Assembly (NCBI GenBank): GCA_041937175.2
Contig: CP166615.1
Coordinates: 4,096,001-4,160,000 of the forward strand
DNA length: 64,000 nucleotides
Direction of reading: 5' to 3'
Source of the DNA: Limnothrix sp. BL-A-16
GTDB lineage: Bacteria; Cyanobacteriota; Cyanobacteriia; CACIAM-69d
Below the pieces are notes generated by a model. That model was not told the origin of the DNA and did not search any database. It saw only the letters and a program-made list of their open reading frames with translations. The translations under genes and the position numbers were made by a program. How positions within the stretch are numbered: position 1 is the first letter of the stretch; each line of letters starts with the position of its first letter. This document shows positions 41,370-50,867 of the stretch, piece after piece.

Positions 41370-41571
41370 GCCCGAGCGTTCTCGATCCATCAGCAATGAC
41401 CCGCAACGATCGCCCGCAACAATGCCCGGTGGTTGGTGGCGGCCTTGCTCGATCGTCATGGATAATGGCGACGGTTCGATCGCGCTTGGGTTGCGGTGCT
41501 GTTCTCCCTTCAGGTTCGATCGCCCAGCCCAGACGATCCCAACCCCCCTTCAGTCGTAAATCCTGTCCCTA

Positions 41572-42660
41572 ATGACGCAACCCAAGCGCGCCCTCATCAC
41601 CGGCATCACTGGCCAAGACGGCTCCTATTTGTCGGAACTGCTGCTCCAAGAGGGCTATGAAGTTCACGGCATCATCCGCCGCACCTCCACCTTCAACACC
41701 GATCGGATCGACCACCTCTACGAAGATCCCCACAACGAAGGCGTACGGTTGTTTCTGCACTACGGCGATCTGTGCGACGGTTCCACCCTCCGCCGGATCC
41801 TCGACAAGATTCAGCCCCACGAAGTCTATAACCTGGGGGCCCAGTCCCACGTGCGGGTGAGCTTTGACGAGCCGGAATATACCGTGGATGCCGTAGGGCT
41901 GGGCACCTTGCGGATTTTGGAGGCCCTGCGCGAAACCCAACAACGCACCGGCCAAGAAATTCGCTATTACCAAGCTGGCTCTTCCGAAATGTTCGGCAAG
42001 GTGCTGGAGGTTCCCCAAAAGGAAACAACCCCGTTTTATCCCCGCAGTCCCTACGCCTGCGCCAAGGTCTATGCCCATTGGCAAACGGTGAACTACCGCG
42101 AGTCCTACGGGCTGTTTGCCTGTAACGGCATTTTGTTTAATCACGAGTCGCCACGCCGGGGTGAAACCTTCGTGACCCGCAAGATTACGCGGGCCCTGTC
42201 GCGAATTTTGGCGGGAACCCAAAAGAAAATCTTTATGGGTAATCTCGATTCCAAGCGCGATTGGGGCTATGCCAAGGACTACGTGCGGGCCATGTGGCTG
42301 ATGTTGCAGCAGGAACAGCCCGATGACTACGTGGTGGCCACCAACGAAACCCACTCGATCCGTGAGTTTTTGGATGTGGCCTTTGGCTATGTGAATTTGG
42401 ACTGGCAGCAGTTTGTGGAGTTTGACCCACGCTACTTGCGGCCGGCTGAAGTGGATCTGTTGATTGGGGATGCGGGCCGAGCGAAGGAAAAGCTGGGCTG
42501 GGAGCCGTCGGTGACCTTTGAGGAATTGGTCAAGATCATGGTGGATGCGGATCTGCGGGCGATCGGGCTGGAGCCACCCGGCGAAGGGGAAGCCCTGATG
42601 CATCGAGAAGCGGCCACCGTGCGCCAGGACTCACCGATTACGGTGGACTTGGGCGGCTGA
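41572..42660 (+). CDS. gmd: GDP-mannose 4,6-dehydratase
   Basis: [45 protein letters not shown]. Confidence 0.97.
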   Translation: MTQPKRALITGITGQDGSYLSELLLQEGYEVHGIIRRTSTFNTDRIDHLYEDPHNEGVRLFLHYGDLCDGSTLRRILDKIQPHEVYNLGAQSHVRVSFDEPEYTVDAVGLGTLRILEALRETQQRTGQEIRYYQAGSSEMFGKVLEVPQKETTPFYPRSPYACAKVYAHWQTVNYRESYGLFACNGILFNHESPRRGETFVTRKITRALSRILAGTQKKIFMGNLDSKRDWGYAKDYVRAMWLMLQQEQPDDYVVATNETHSIREFLDVAFGYVNLDWQQFVEFDPRYLRPAEVDLLIGDAGRAKEKLGWEPSVTFEELVKIMVDADLRAIGLEPPGEGEALMHREAATVRQDSPITVDLGG

Positions 42661-42664
42661 TGCG

Positions 42665-42805
42665 GGAAAGCCAGGGGGCTGCGGCCCAATCGCCCCAATC
42701 ATCAGTCGTGGGGGCAAGGGGCTGAAGGGCAAGGGGCTGAAGCCCCTTGTCTGCGTTGATCGCTGGGGCGAGCAGAGTGGCAGTTTCGGCTGTTTAGCGA
42801 TCCGC
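42665..42805. mobile_element. Degenerate MITE shell A between convergent genes
   Basis: GCCCCTTGTCTGCGTTGATCGCTGGGGCGAGCAGAGTGGCAGTTTCGGCT aligns with the right half of the 14259 element; the left palindrome arm is partly duplicated. Confidence 0.6.
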
Positions 42806-44587
42806 TCAAGCTTCCCGATCGAGCCGCAATTCATGGATATTCCAGAATGCACCGCCGAGGGCATTCACCTTTAGCCCTTGGATCGTGTTCCGCACGGCCA
42901 CCAGAGAATAGGGCGTGATGAGGTGAATGAAGGGGAGATATTGCTGGGTTAACTGCTGGGTGCGGGCGTAAAGGGCGCGGCGCTTGGTTTCATCTAGCTC
43001 CTGGGAGGCTTGGGCATAGAGGCGATCGATCTCTAATTCCCAAGGGGCAAATTCCTGGCCCACCAGTTGCTTGCCGGGATCTGGCGTTTGGTTAAAGGCA
43101 TGGAGCCGGCCCGTGACCCGCCACACATTGGAACCACCGTGGGGTTCAACACCGCCGGTGAATCCCAGCAAATGGCATTCCCAATCCAGACTATCGGAGA
43201 GTTTGGAAACCAAGCTGCTAAAGGCGATCGGCTGGAGATCAACCTTCATTCCCAGTTTGGCCAGGTCTTGGGCAATTTGTGCGCCCATGGCTTCGCGAAT
43301 TTTGTTGCCCGCGTTGGTGATCAGGGTGAAGCGCACTCGGTTGCCGGCCGAGTCGAACAATTCCCCGTTGCGATTTTGGAAGCCGGCCTCGGTCAGCAGT
43401 TGACGCGATCGCTCCAGGTTGAAACCATAGGTCAGCAGCCCCTGTTCCGGTGAGAGGTAATAGGGACTTTGGCTGGCGATCGGGGAATGTTGCAGTTGTC
43501 CCAGCCCTCGAAAGATGCTGTCGATCATGGTTTGGCGATCGATCCCGTAGGCCACCGCCTGCCGAAATCGCAAATCATTAAACCAAGCAGACTTCACCGG
43601 ATCAACGAGAGGCTTACCGTCCCGTTTGCCCTTGTTCAAGTTGAAGCAAATGAACGAGGTGGTTAAGGTGGGGCCAGCGTTGTAGATCGTGAAGTTGCCG
43701 CGTTTTTCCTCCCGCTTCAGTAGGGAAAAATAGTCGGCGGTGACGCTGATTGAGTCCAAACCGCCCGATCGAAACTGCAAGAGGGAGGTGTCTTGGGATT
43801 CCACAATTTGCCAAACCCACTCTTCGATGTAGGGCTGGGGAGCGTTGTTGGGCCCCTTGCGCCAATAGTAGGGATTGCGCTCAAAAACCAGCCGTTGACT
43901 GGTGACGTATTCCTTGAGCCGGTAGGGGCCATTACCCACAATTTGGCTGGGTGGAGTGTCCACGCCCCAGGTGGTCAAAAATTGCGGCCGGCCATCGGTT
44001 CCCTTGGCTTTGAGGGTGGGCCGCAGGCGATGGGCGGGTAAAATGCCCACGCCCAAACTCCGCAAAAAAGGGGCAAAGGGTTCCGGAACGCTGAATTCCA
44101 CCTGGAGCGGGCCCAGCATTTTCACTTGGGGCAGTGCGTTGCTTTGGCCCACCCGCAACACGTCTCGAATGCCCGTAGGAATCGCTTCGTTAAAGAAGAC
44201 TTCATTGAAGGTGAAGGACACATCATCGGCAGTGAGGGGCGCACCATCCGACCAACGCAACCCCGATCGCAGGGTGACAACAATCCGCTGGCCGTTTTCG
44301 CTCATTTCCCAGCCTGCGGCCAGGGCCGGTTCCACTTTGCCGGTTTCTGGATCTTCTTCCACCAGGCCTTCGTAGGTGATGCCAAAGATGTTGGGCGATT
44401 CTTCGTTAATGGCGTAATTGAAGGTTTTGGGTTCGCTGAGGATGCTGGTGACCAGTGGCGATCGCCCGCCACCGCCCGTGCTGCCCGATCGCCCGCAACC
44501 CCCGATCGCCGCGATCGACAGCCCCCCCAAGGCCCACAGCAACCGCCGCCGAGTTAGCCCCACCGTCCAATCCGTTAACGTTGCCAT
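42806..44587 (-). CDS. Peptide/nickel-type (family 5) ABC substrate-binding lipoprotein
   Basis: RRR plus lipobox IGGC, EPKTFN, LRWSDGAPLTADDV, GNGPY. Confidence 0.9.
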   Translation of the reverse strand: MATLTDWTVGLTRRRLLWALGGLSIAAIGGCGRSGSTGGGGRSPLVTSILSEPKTFNYAINEESPNIFGITYEGLVEEDPETGKVEPALAAGWEMSENGQRIVVTLRSGLRWSDGAPLTADDVSFTFNEVFFNEAIPTGIRDVLRVGQSNALPQVKMLGPLQVEFSVPEPFAPFLRSLGVGILPAHRLRPTLKAKGTDGRPQFLTTWGVDTPPSQIVGNGPYRLKEYVTSQRLVFERNPYYWRKGPNNAPQPYIEEWVWQIVESQDTSLLQFRSGGLDSISVTADYFSLLKREEKRGNFTIYNAGPTLTTSFICFNLNKGKRDGKPLVDPVKSAWFNDLRFRQAVAYGIDRQTMIDSIFRGLGQLQHSPIASQSPYYLSPEQGLLTYGFNLERSRQLLTEAGFQNRNGELFDSAGNRVRFTLITNAGNKIREAMGAQIAQDLAKLGMKVDLQPIAFSSLVSKLSDSLDWECHLLGFTGGVEPHGGSNVWRVTGRLHAFNQTPDPGKQLVGQEFAPWELEIDRLYAQASQELDETKRRALYARTQQLTQQYLPFIHLITPYSLVAVRNTIQGLKVNALGGAFWNIHELRLDREA

Positions 44588-44650
44588 GTTCCTTGTTGCT
44601 TTGTTCTGGATCCGAACCGCTGCCTAGCCCTGATGCAATGGCTTCATGGC

Positions 44651-45733
44651 CTATGAAACGGCGGCCTCGGGCTTGGCAAAAATCATCCGCCCGGCGGAAG
44701 TTTGCAGGGCGCTGGTGACCACCACCCGCAATTCACCGCCCAAATAAGAATTGCCATCTTCGACCACCACCATCGTGCCATCGCTGAGATAGCCCACCCC
44801 TTGGGCTGGTTCCTTGCCTTCCCGGACAATTTTTAGCTCAATGCTGTCGCCGGGCAGGTAGGCGGGGCGCAGAGCATCGGCCAGGTCATTAACATTCAAG
44901 ACCGGGACGTTTTGTACCGTGGCCACCTTATTCAGGTTGTAGTCCGTGGTCAGCAATGCGCCGTTGATTTCTTGGGCCAGCCGCACCAGTTTGGCATCAA
45001 CGGTGGTGATGTCTTCGTAGTCGGCGGAGTGGATCGTGAGCCGATCGGGATAGGCCTCGCGCATCTGCTGCAAAATATCCAGACCTCGCCGCCCGCGCGA
45101 TCGCTTTTGGTCGCTGGCGGAATCGGCAATCCGCTGCAATTCCTGCAACACAAACTGGGGCACAATCAAGCGCCCTTCAATGAATTTGGTTTCCAGCAGG
45201 GCCGTCAGTCGGCCGTCAATGATGCAACTGGTGTCCACCACCTTGGCGGCGGCCGGAGCCAGGGTTCCTTCACTGACCAGGATGGATTCAACACTGTTGG
45301 GGTTAATTAACCGCAGGAACGATCGCCCGTGGGTGTCGGCCAACGATACGCCCGTGACCGCAAACAGCACACTACCCAACACCGCCACAAGGGGTTTGAT
45401 GAACGCCAGCTCCCAAGGAAACGGCAGCAGATACAAAGGAGCCAACATCAAGTTGGCCATCAACAGCCCCAACACCACCCCACCCGATCGGGTCAGCAGC
45501 CGATCGGGTGGCATTTGGCGCACCTGGTTTTCAATGCGTCGGTAGGTGGTTTGGCAAGCCAGCCCCAGCACCAAGCCAATCAGGGCCCCAAAACCCCCCG
45601 TGGCAAAGCTGAGGCCTTCCCGGTTGGTGACTTGGGCCAGGGTTTGGGCGGGCAGAAAGTCAATGCCGAAAAAGCCAATGCCCGCACCGGCGATCAGAAA
45701 TGAAAGGATAATTACGGTGTCAATCATGGTCAT
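44651..45733 (-). CDS. Membrane PIN/TRAM domain protein (YacL/Ycf81-like)
   Basis: N-terminal TM segments, VDTSCIIDGR, RGRRGLD, TTDYNLNKVA, GVGYLSDGTMVVVE, QTSAGRMIFA. The start may be 45727. Confidence 0.9.
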   Translation of the reverse strand: MTMIDTVIILSFLIAGAGIGFFGIDFLPAQTLAQVTNREGLSFATGGFGALIGLVLGLACQTTYRRIENQVRQMPPDRLLTRSGGVVLGLLMANLMLAPLYLLPFPWELAFIKPLVAVLGSVLFAVTGVSLADTHGRSFLRLINPNSVESILVSEGTLAPAAAKVVDTSCIIDGRLTALLETKFIEGRLIVPQFVLQELQRIADSASDQKRSRGRRGLDILQQMREAYPDRLTIHSADYEDITTVDAKLVRLAQEINGALLTTDYNLNKVATVQNVPVLNVNDLADALRPAYLPGDSIELKIVREGKEPAQGVGYLSDGTMVVVEDGNSYLGGELRVVVTSALQTSAGRMIFAKPEAAVS

Positions 45734-46162
45734 CGATCGAGTGGACGATCGCCCGAGTCATCGCGACCATTGCTTAGAGCATTGCTTGCAGGCGGTGGAT
45801 GCAGGAACGATCGCGGTGGCTAATTGCAGGCTCTTCGGTGGGTGGGGTGCTGAGTCGAATCGGGATCGGTCGCGGCGGTTGCTTCCGATCGCTCGCCCAT
45901 GGGCGGCGATTTATAACGATTGCGCCCAATTCTTGACAGAATTTGATGAGTATTATAGCCCCGTGGCTTGGTGGCTTTGGCTGAAACCCAGGGCGGTTAA
46001 CCGATCGAGCCAGTGAATCGAGCCAGCAAACCGAACGAGCTGATTTTCGTGCTCCCGCCAATCGATCCACATAAGCCGATCGCGCCAACCGGCAACACCG
46101 ACCCAAGACACCGACCCAAGACACCAATCCGAAACGCCGACCCGAAACGCCGACAGAATCCC

Positions 46163-47416
46163 ATGAGTCATCCCGTCGCCCTGGCCCTGTCCCCGCCCCG
46201 GGCCGCCTATTTGCACATTCCCTTCTGTCGGCGGCGTTGCTTCTATTGCGATTTCCCCATTTCCGTCGTGGGTGAGTTCAAGACCTTTCGCGATCGCCCC
46301 GACCAACCACCGGAACCCGCCACGGGCCGCAATAGCACCCAAATCATTGAATACTTGGCAGCCTTGGAGCGGGAAATTACCCTCGGGGCCGATCGCGCCG
46401 CCGCCGACCAACCGCCCTTGGAAACCGTCTTTTTTGGGGGCGGTACGCCGTCCCTGCTGGCCCCCGAACAGGTCGATCGGCTCTTGCAACTGCTTGATCG
46501 CCGCTTTGGGTTGGCTCCCCAAGTGGAAATTTCCATGGAACTCGATCCGGGTACGTTCGATCGCACCTGGTTGGCGGGCTTTTTGGCGGCTGGGGTCAAC
46601 CGCATTAGCCTGGGGGTGCAAGCCTTTCAAGCGGAATTGTTGACCGCCTGTGGCCGATCGCATGGAGTTCAAGATATTGAACAGGCCGTGGCCCTCTTGC
46701 AATCGGCGGGGGTCAAAAATTGGAGCCTAGATCTGATTTCGGGATTACCCAATCAGTCGATCGACCAGTGGCAAGCGTCCCTCGATCGGGCGGTGGCCTG
46801 TGGCCCGGCGCACCTGTCGGTTTATGACCTGATCATTGAGCCGCAAACCGTGTTCGATCGGCGCTACCAACCGGGCGATCGGCCCCTGCCCTCCGATGAA
46901 CAAACGGCTCAAATGTATCGGATGGCTTCCCAAACCCTTCAGGCAGTGGGCTTCCAGCACTACGAAGTTTCCAACTATGCCCGCTCGGGTTTTCAGTGTC
47001 GCCACAACCGCACCTACTGGGAAAATCGCCCCTACTACGGTTTTGGGATGGGAGCCACCAGCTATGTGGCCGGGCAGCGCTTTGGCCGGCCCCGCACCCG
47101 AGCTGCTTATTACGATTGGCTGAACCATGGCGCAATTGAACCACCCGCTTCACCCCAATCCGCGCCCGATCGATTGGCCGAAACCTTGATGTTGGGATTG
47201 CGGTTGGCGGAGGGCTTGGCCCTGGAACCCTTGCGTCGGGAATTTGGCCCGGTTTGGATCGATCGGGTGTTGCAATGCCTCGATCGATTTGTGGCGGAGG
47301 GCTGGGTGGTGCGATCGGGCGATCGACTTGCTCTTGCAGAACCGGATGGTCTGCTATTTTCTAACAGCATTCTTGCGGAAATTTTCAGCACATTGGAACA
47401 AGAACCCTTTCAATGA
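46163..47416 (+). CDS. hemW: Radical SAM heme chaperone HemW
   Basis: YLHIPFCRRRCFYCDF, FGGGTPS, HYEVSNY, HNRTYW. Confidence 0.92.
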   Translation: MSHPVALALSPPRAAYLHIPFCRRRCFYCDFPISVVGEFKTFRDRPDQPPEPATGRNSTQIIEYLAALEREITLGADRAAADQPPLETVFFGGGTPSLLAPEQVDRLLQLLDRRFGLAPQVEISMELDPGTFDRTWLAGFLAAGVNRISLGVQAFQAELLTACGRSHGVQDIEQAVALLQSAGVKNWSLDLISGLPNQSIDQWQASLDRAVACGPAHLSVYDLIIEPQTVFDRRYQPGDRPLPSDEQTAQMYRMASQTLQAVGFQHYEVSNYARSGFQCRHNRTYWENRPYYGFGMGATSYVAGQRFGRPRTRAAYYDWLNHGAIEPPASPQSAPDRLAETLMLGLRLAEGLALEPLRREFGPVWIDRVLQCLDRFVAEGWVVRSGDRLALAEPDGLLFSNSILAEIFSTLEQEPFQ

Positions 47417-48300
47417 TTCATTTGCCTAAGCATGATCAAATGTATGCCGTAACCATCGAGGCGCTTAAATTGCTGGGTGGTTCTGGCACAGTTCAGGAAA
47501 TCTATGATCAAGTTTGTGAACTTGAAGGATTTACAGAAGAGCAACAAAATGTTCTTCATAAGAATGGGCCGCAAACCGTAATTGCCTATCGATTAGCTTG
47601 GACAAGAACGTATCTTAAAAATTACGGTGCGATTGAAAGTAATGAACGAGGAAACTGGTCACTCACCGCAACTGGATGGCAGCTCACGCCAGCCACTATC
47701 AACCGAACTATGATTAATTCAGCTTCCAAGAAGCGAATTAGTCATCATGCTGATCAAGACCAGTTAGTCACTGAATCAGACATGGAAAGTTTTGATGAAT
47801 TGGTTGGTGATACTCAAGAGCCTGCTCTTCTTCTGAATTCAGATCAATGGATTGAAAAATTACTGGAAGTATTACAAAGTCTCTCCCCGGATGCCTTTGA
47901 GCGTTTGTGTCAGCGCATTTTACGAGAATCTGGGTTTACGAAGGTTCAAGTTACAGGGCGAAAAGGGGATGGAGGAATTGATGGCGTTGGTGTTTTGAAA
48001 ATCGCGCTCCTCAGCTTTCAAGTCTTCTTCCAGTGCAAACGATATAAAGGTTCCGTTGGCCCGGGTGAAATTCGAGATTTTCGAGGATCCATGATTGGCC
48101 GTACCGATAAGGGTTTATTTTTAACAACGGGAACTTTCACAGTTTCTGCTAAACAGGAAGCAACCCGCGATGGTGCGCCAGCTTTGGATCTCATTGATGG
48201 AGAAGAGCTATGTAGGCTATTAGTGAAGCTACAATTGGGTGTGAAAACCAAAACAATTGAAGTGGTAGAAATTAATCAAGATTGGTTTAAAAATCTTTGA
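47413..48300 (+). CDS. mrr: Mrr-family type IV restriction endonuclease
   Basis: Mrr N-terminal wHTH (RLAWTRTYLK...RGNWSLT) and catalytic FERLC, DGGIDG, QCKRY, LIDGEEL. AT-rich. Confidence 0.9.
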   Translation: MIHLPKHDQMYAVTIEALKLLGGSGTVQEIYDQVCELEGFTEEQQNVLHKNGPQTVIAYRLAWTRTYLKNYGAIESNERGNWSLTATGWQLTPATINRTMINSASKKRISHHADQDQLVTESDMESFDELVGDTQEPALLLNSDQWIEKLLEVLQSLSPDAFERLCQRILRESGFTKVQVTGRKGDGGIDGVGVLKIALLSFQVFFQCKRYKGSVGPGEIRDFRGSMIGRTDKGLFLTTGTFTVSAKQEATRDGAPALDLIDGEELCRLLVKLQLGVKTKTIEVVEINQDWFKNL

Positions 48301-48347
48301 CTTAATCAAGTTCTTGGCTAAAATTGAACTTTCAACCGGTTAAGACA

Positions 48348-48914
48348 ATGGTTGCTGCTTACTCCTACTTCAGCCCCGAGGAATATCTCAACCTAGAAGT
48401 CAATAGCCCCATGCGCCATGAATATCGATCGGGCTTGGTATATGCCATGGCCGGTGGAAGTGATGTTCATGACTTAATCAGCCTCGCGCTGGTGAGCCTA
48501 CTGCGATCGCGCCTGAAGGGGCAAGGCTGCTTCGTCCATTCAGGCAACGTGAAGGTGGGGCGAAATCATGATTTTTTCTACTACCCTGATGTTTTCGTTA
48601 CTTGCGATCCACGCGATCGGGACAATCGATATATTAAGTGTTATCCCTCATTGATTGCTGAAGTGCTATCCCCTTCAACGGAGCGGTTCGATCGGGGGGC
48701 CAAATTTGAAGACTATCAGCAACTAGAAACCCTAAGAACTTATCTTTTAATTTCCCAAGATCAAATGCAAGTGGAAGTGCGCCAGAAAAATGCATTAGGT
48801 ATCTGGGAAACAGAGCAATTTGGCCCGGGCGATCGATTCCAAATGGTTGGCTGGAATTGGGAAATTGCGGTGCTGGACTTATACGAAGATGTGCAATTTC
48901 TGGGTATTAGTTAA
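48348..48914 (+). CDS. Uma2-family PD-(D/E)XK endonuclease-like protein
   Basis: EY...YAMAGGS, YYPDVFVTC, IAEVLSPST, DRGAKF. Confidence 0.9.
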   Translation: MVAAYSYFSPEEYLNLEVNSPMRHEYRSGLVYAMAGGSDVHDLISLALVSLLRSRLKGQGCFVHSGNVKVGRNHDFFYYPDVFVTCDPRDRDNRYIKCYPSLIAEVLSPSTERFDRGAKFEDYQQLETLRTYLLISQDQMQVEVRQKNALGIWETEQFGPGDRFQMVGWNWEIAVLDLYEDVQFLGIS

Positions 48915-49081
48915 CTTTTGAATACGGTTCTTGGTGATCGAGTTGGGTTTTGTAAAGCTCAACCTAACCGACCGAGCTGTCGTGGCTGCCATTGAGGCCA
49001 TTTTGGCCGTGATCGTCATTTCCGAACGCTTCCTGGCCCGTTGGACAGAGGCAAACCAGGAACAATTTGAGTTAGGGTCTA

Positions 49082-49282
49082 GGGCCTATCGTCATTCTCT
49101 GGGATCAAGTGCAGACGGTTGATTTTTCGTGCCCTAATCGCCGTAACAAGGGGCTTAAGCCCCTTGTCCCCCACGATCCATCTAGGGTTGCAGGCTAAAC
49201 GACGACAGGCCCTAGGCCCCTTGCCCCCCACGATCCGTTAACGGTGGAATCAGGGCTTCATGGAACTGGACGACAGGCCCTA
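49082..49282. mobile_element. MITE shell B (49082-49212) plus duplicated right half
   Basis: cTA-GGGCCTATCGTC ... GACGACAGGCCC-TAg with a central ACAAGGGGCTTAAGCCCCTTGT. A second GACGACAGGCCCTA lies at 49269-49282. Confidence 0.75.
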
Positions 49283-49290
49283 CGACCCTA

Positions 49291-50664
49291 CTAGGCGATC
49301 AGGTTTTTGAGGGATTGGTGAATTTCCTGGGTGACCGATTGGAGGGTGGCGCGGCGATTGGCTTTGTAGTCCGCTGCGCGATCGCTCACCCAAATCGGGT
49401 TCGCAACCCGTAACCAAACCGCCTGTTTGCCCAGTTGCGGGGGCTTGCTGGTGTCGTCTCCCTGAATCCAGGTGGTGACGCGCCACAAAATCATGAGCGT
49501 TTCGGCAAACCGTTCGGCGGTGGGCTTTTCGCGCACATAGCGGCCCGTGACGGCGGTGAACCGTTCCACTAGGCGCATGTGTTGCATTCGGAGAGTGGCT
49601 TCGGCGGCCACCCAGTTGGCCAAACCTCGCTCCACCGGGCAGCGCGATCGCCCGTCATCGCAGTAGATCCGATCCCAGCCGGCCTGTTCCAACCGACGGC
49701 AGCGCTCTTCAACCGTGCCGGTGTTGGTTACGCCAAAGTAGGCTTCTCCCACCCGTAATGCGGTATCCAAGAGATTTTTCAGCCGTTGGCCCATGCGTTC
49801 GTTGGGGTCGGGCAAGTCCACGATCGGGAGGGTTTGTTGATAGAAGGTTTGATAAAACTGCTCCACCAAGTCCAGGAGTCGATCGCCCAAGAGATATAAC
49901 CGCAGGTAGCGACCTTCTTCGGGGCTGGTGGGGGCGGTGGTTTTCAGGGGGTTCGTGAGGCCAAGGCTGGTTTCGATCGTGTCGATCAGCCGATCGATCC
50001 CGGCCCAAGGGGGCGAAAGGTAGGTGTATTGAATCCCGATCGGGACAATGGCCACCCGCTCCGATCTCCCGGCCGATCGCAAATCGTCCACCGTCCAAAA
50101 GGCCATTTGGGCCACGCCCGGTTCCAGGGGGCTAACAATTTCGCTGTGGCTGTTGGTTGCGCCTTCCGGGGCCGCCGCCAACGGAAACCGCCCGTTCAGC
50201 AACAGATCGCGAGCCGTTTTTAGCCCGGGGCGATCGAGCTTGCCGCGCTGCATTGACGTGCCGCCCAAGTGGGAAAACATCCAGGTCACTGCTTCCCCCG
50301 CCCAAAGGGGAATGCCGCGATCGTAGATAAAGTGTGTGTGCGGCCAATCCGGGAGCCGAATGCCCCGATCGCGCGCCGCCCGGGGCACTGCCTCCCACAA
50401 CAAGTGGGACATCACGAACGGATCATTGGTGCTGGGATGCCGAAAAGCCAAAATAAAGCGGAGTTTGCCCGCCTGGAAGTCGCGAAACAGTTCCGCCAAC
50501 GTTTCAGCATTTTCCGTATGGAGTTTTGCGATGCCCTGTTGGCGAATCAACCAAGGAAAGATCCAACGCGCCAACCGATGTACCCAAGGGGTGTAGTTGG
50601 GCGGAATGAATTCCAGAGTGGGCTGAATGCCGGAAGCGGATGCAGCGGGCATAGGGTTAATCAA
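49291..50664 (-). CDS. Phospholipid/glycerol acyltransferase family protein
   Basis: HPSTND (HxxxxD), APEG, IVPIGIQY. Confidence 0.82.
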   Translation of the reverse strand: MINPMPAASASGIQPTLEFIPPNYTPWVHRLARWIFPWLIRQQGIAKLHTENAETLAELFRDFQAGKLRFILAFRHPSTNDPFVMSHLLWEAVPRAARDRGIRLPDWPHTHFIYDRGIPLWAGEAVTWMFSHLGGTSMQRGKLDRPGLKTARDLLLNGRFPLAAAPEGATNSHSEIVSPLEPGVAQMAFWTVDDLRSAGRSERVAIVPIGIQYTYLSPPWAGIDRLIDTIETSLGLTNPLKTTAPTSPEEGRYLRLYLLGDRLLDLVEQFYQTFYQQTLPIVDLPDPNERMGQRLKNLLDTALRVGEAYFGVTNTGTVEERCRRLEQAGWDRIYCDDGRSRCPVERGLANWVAAEATLRMQHMRLVERFTAVTGRYVREKPTAERFAETLMILWRVTTWIQGDDTSKPPQLGKQAVWLRVANPIWVSDRAADYKANRRATLQSVTQEIHQSLKNLIA

Positions 50665-50867
50665 CAGTTGGTAGAGTGGTTACGAGCAATCAACGGCCAC
50701 CAAAGCCGCCCTGGCCTTGCCCAGTGGGGTTCAAGGCTTGGGAATCAACAGCATAGGCCCGATCGCCCCAGCACAATCGCCATTGGGTATCTGTATTTTG
50801 GCCGGTTGTGCCCAAGGAGAACGCGATTAGCGACCGCCTGGCCAGTTGTCTATTCAGGAGCGTGGGG

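Noticed and set aside
48931..49122. 63-aa ORF after Uma2
   Set aside because: TTG start, runs into the MITE, no recognisable features.
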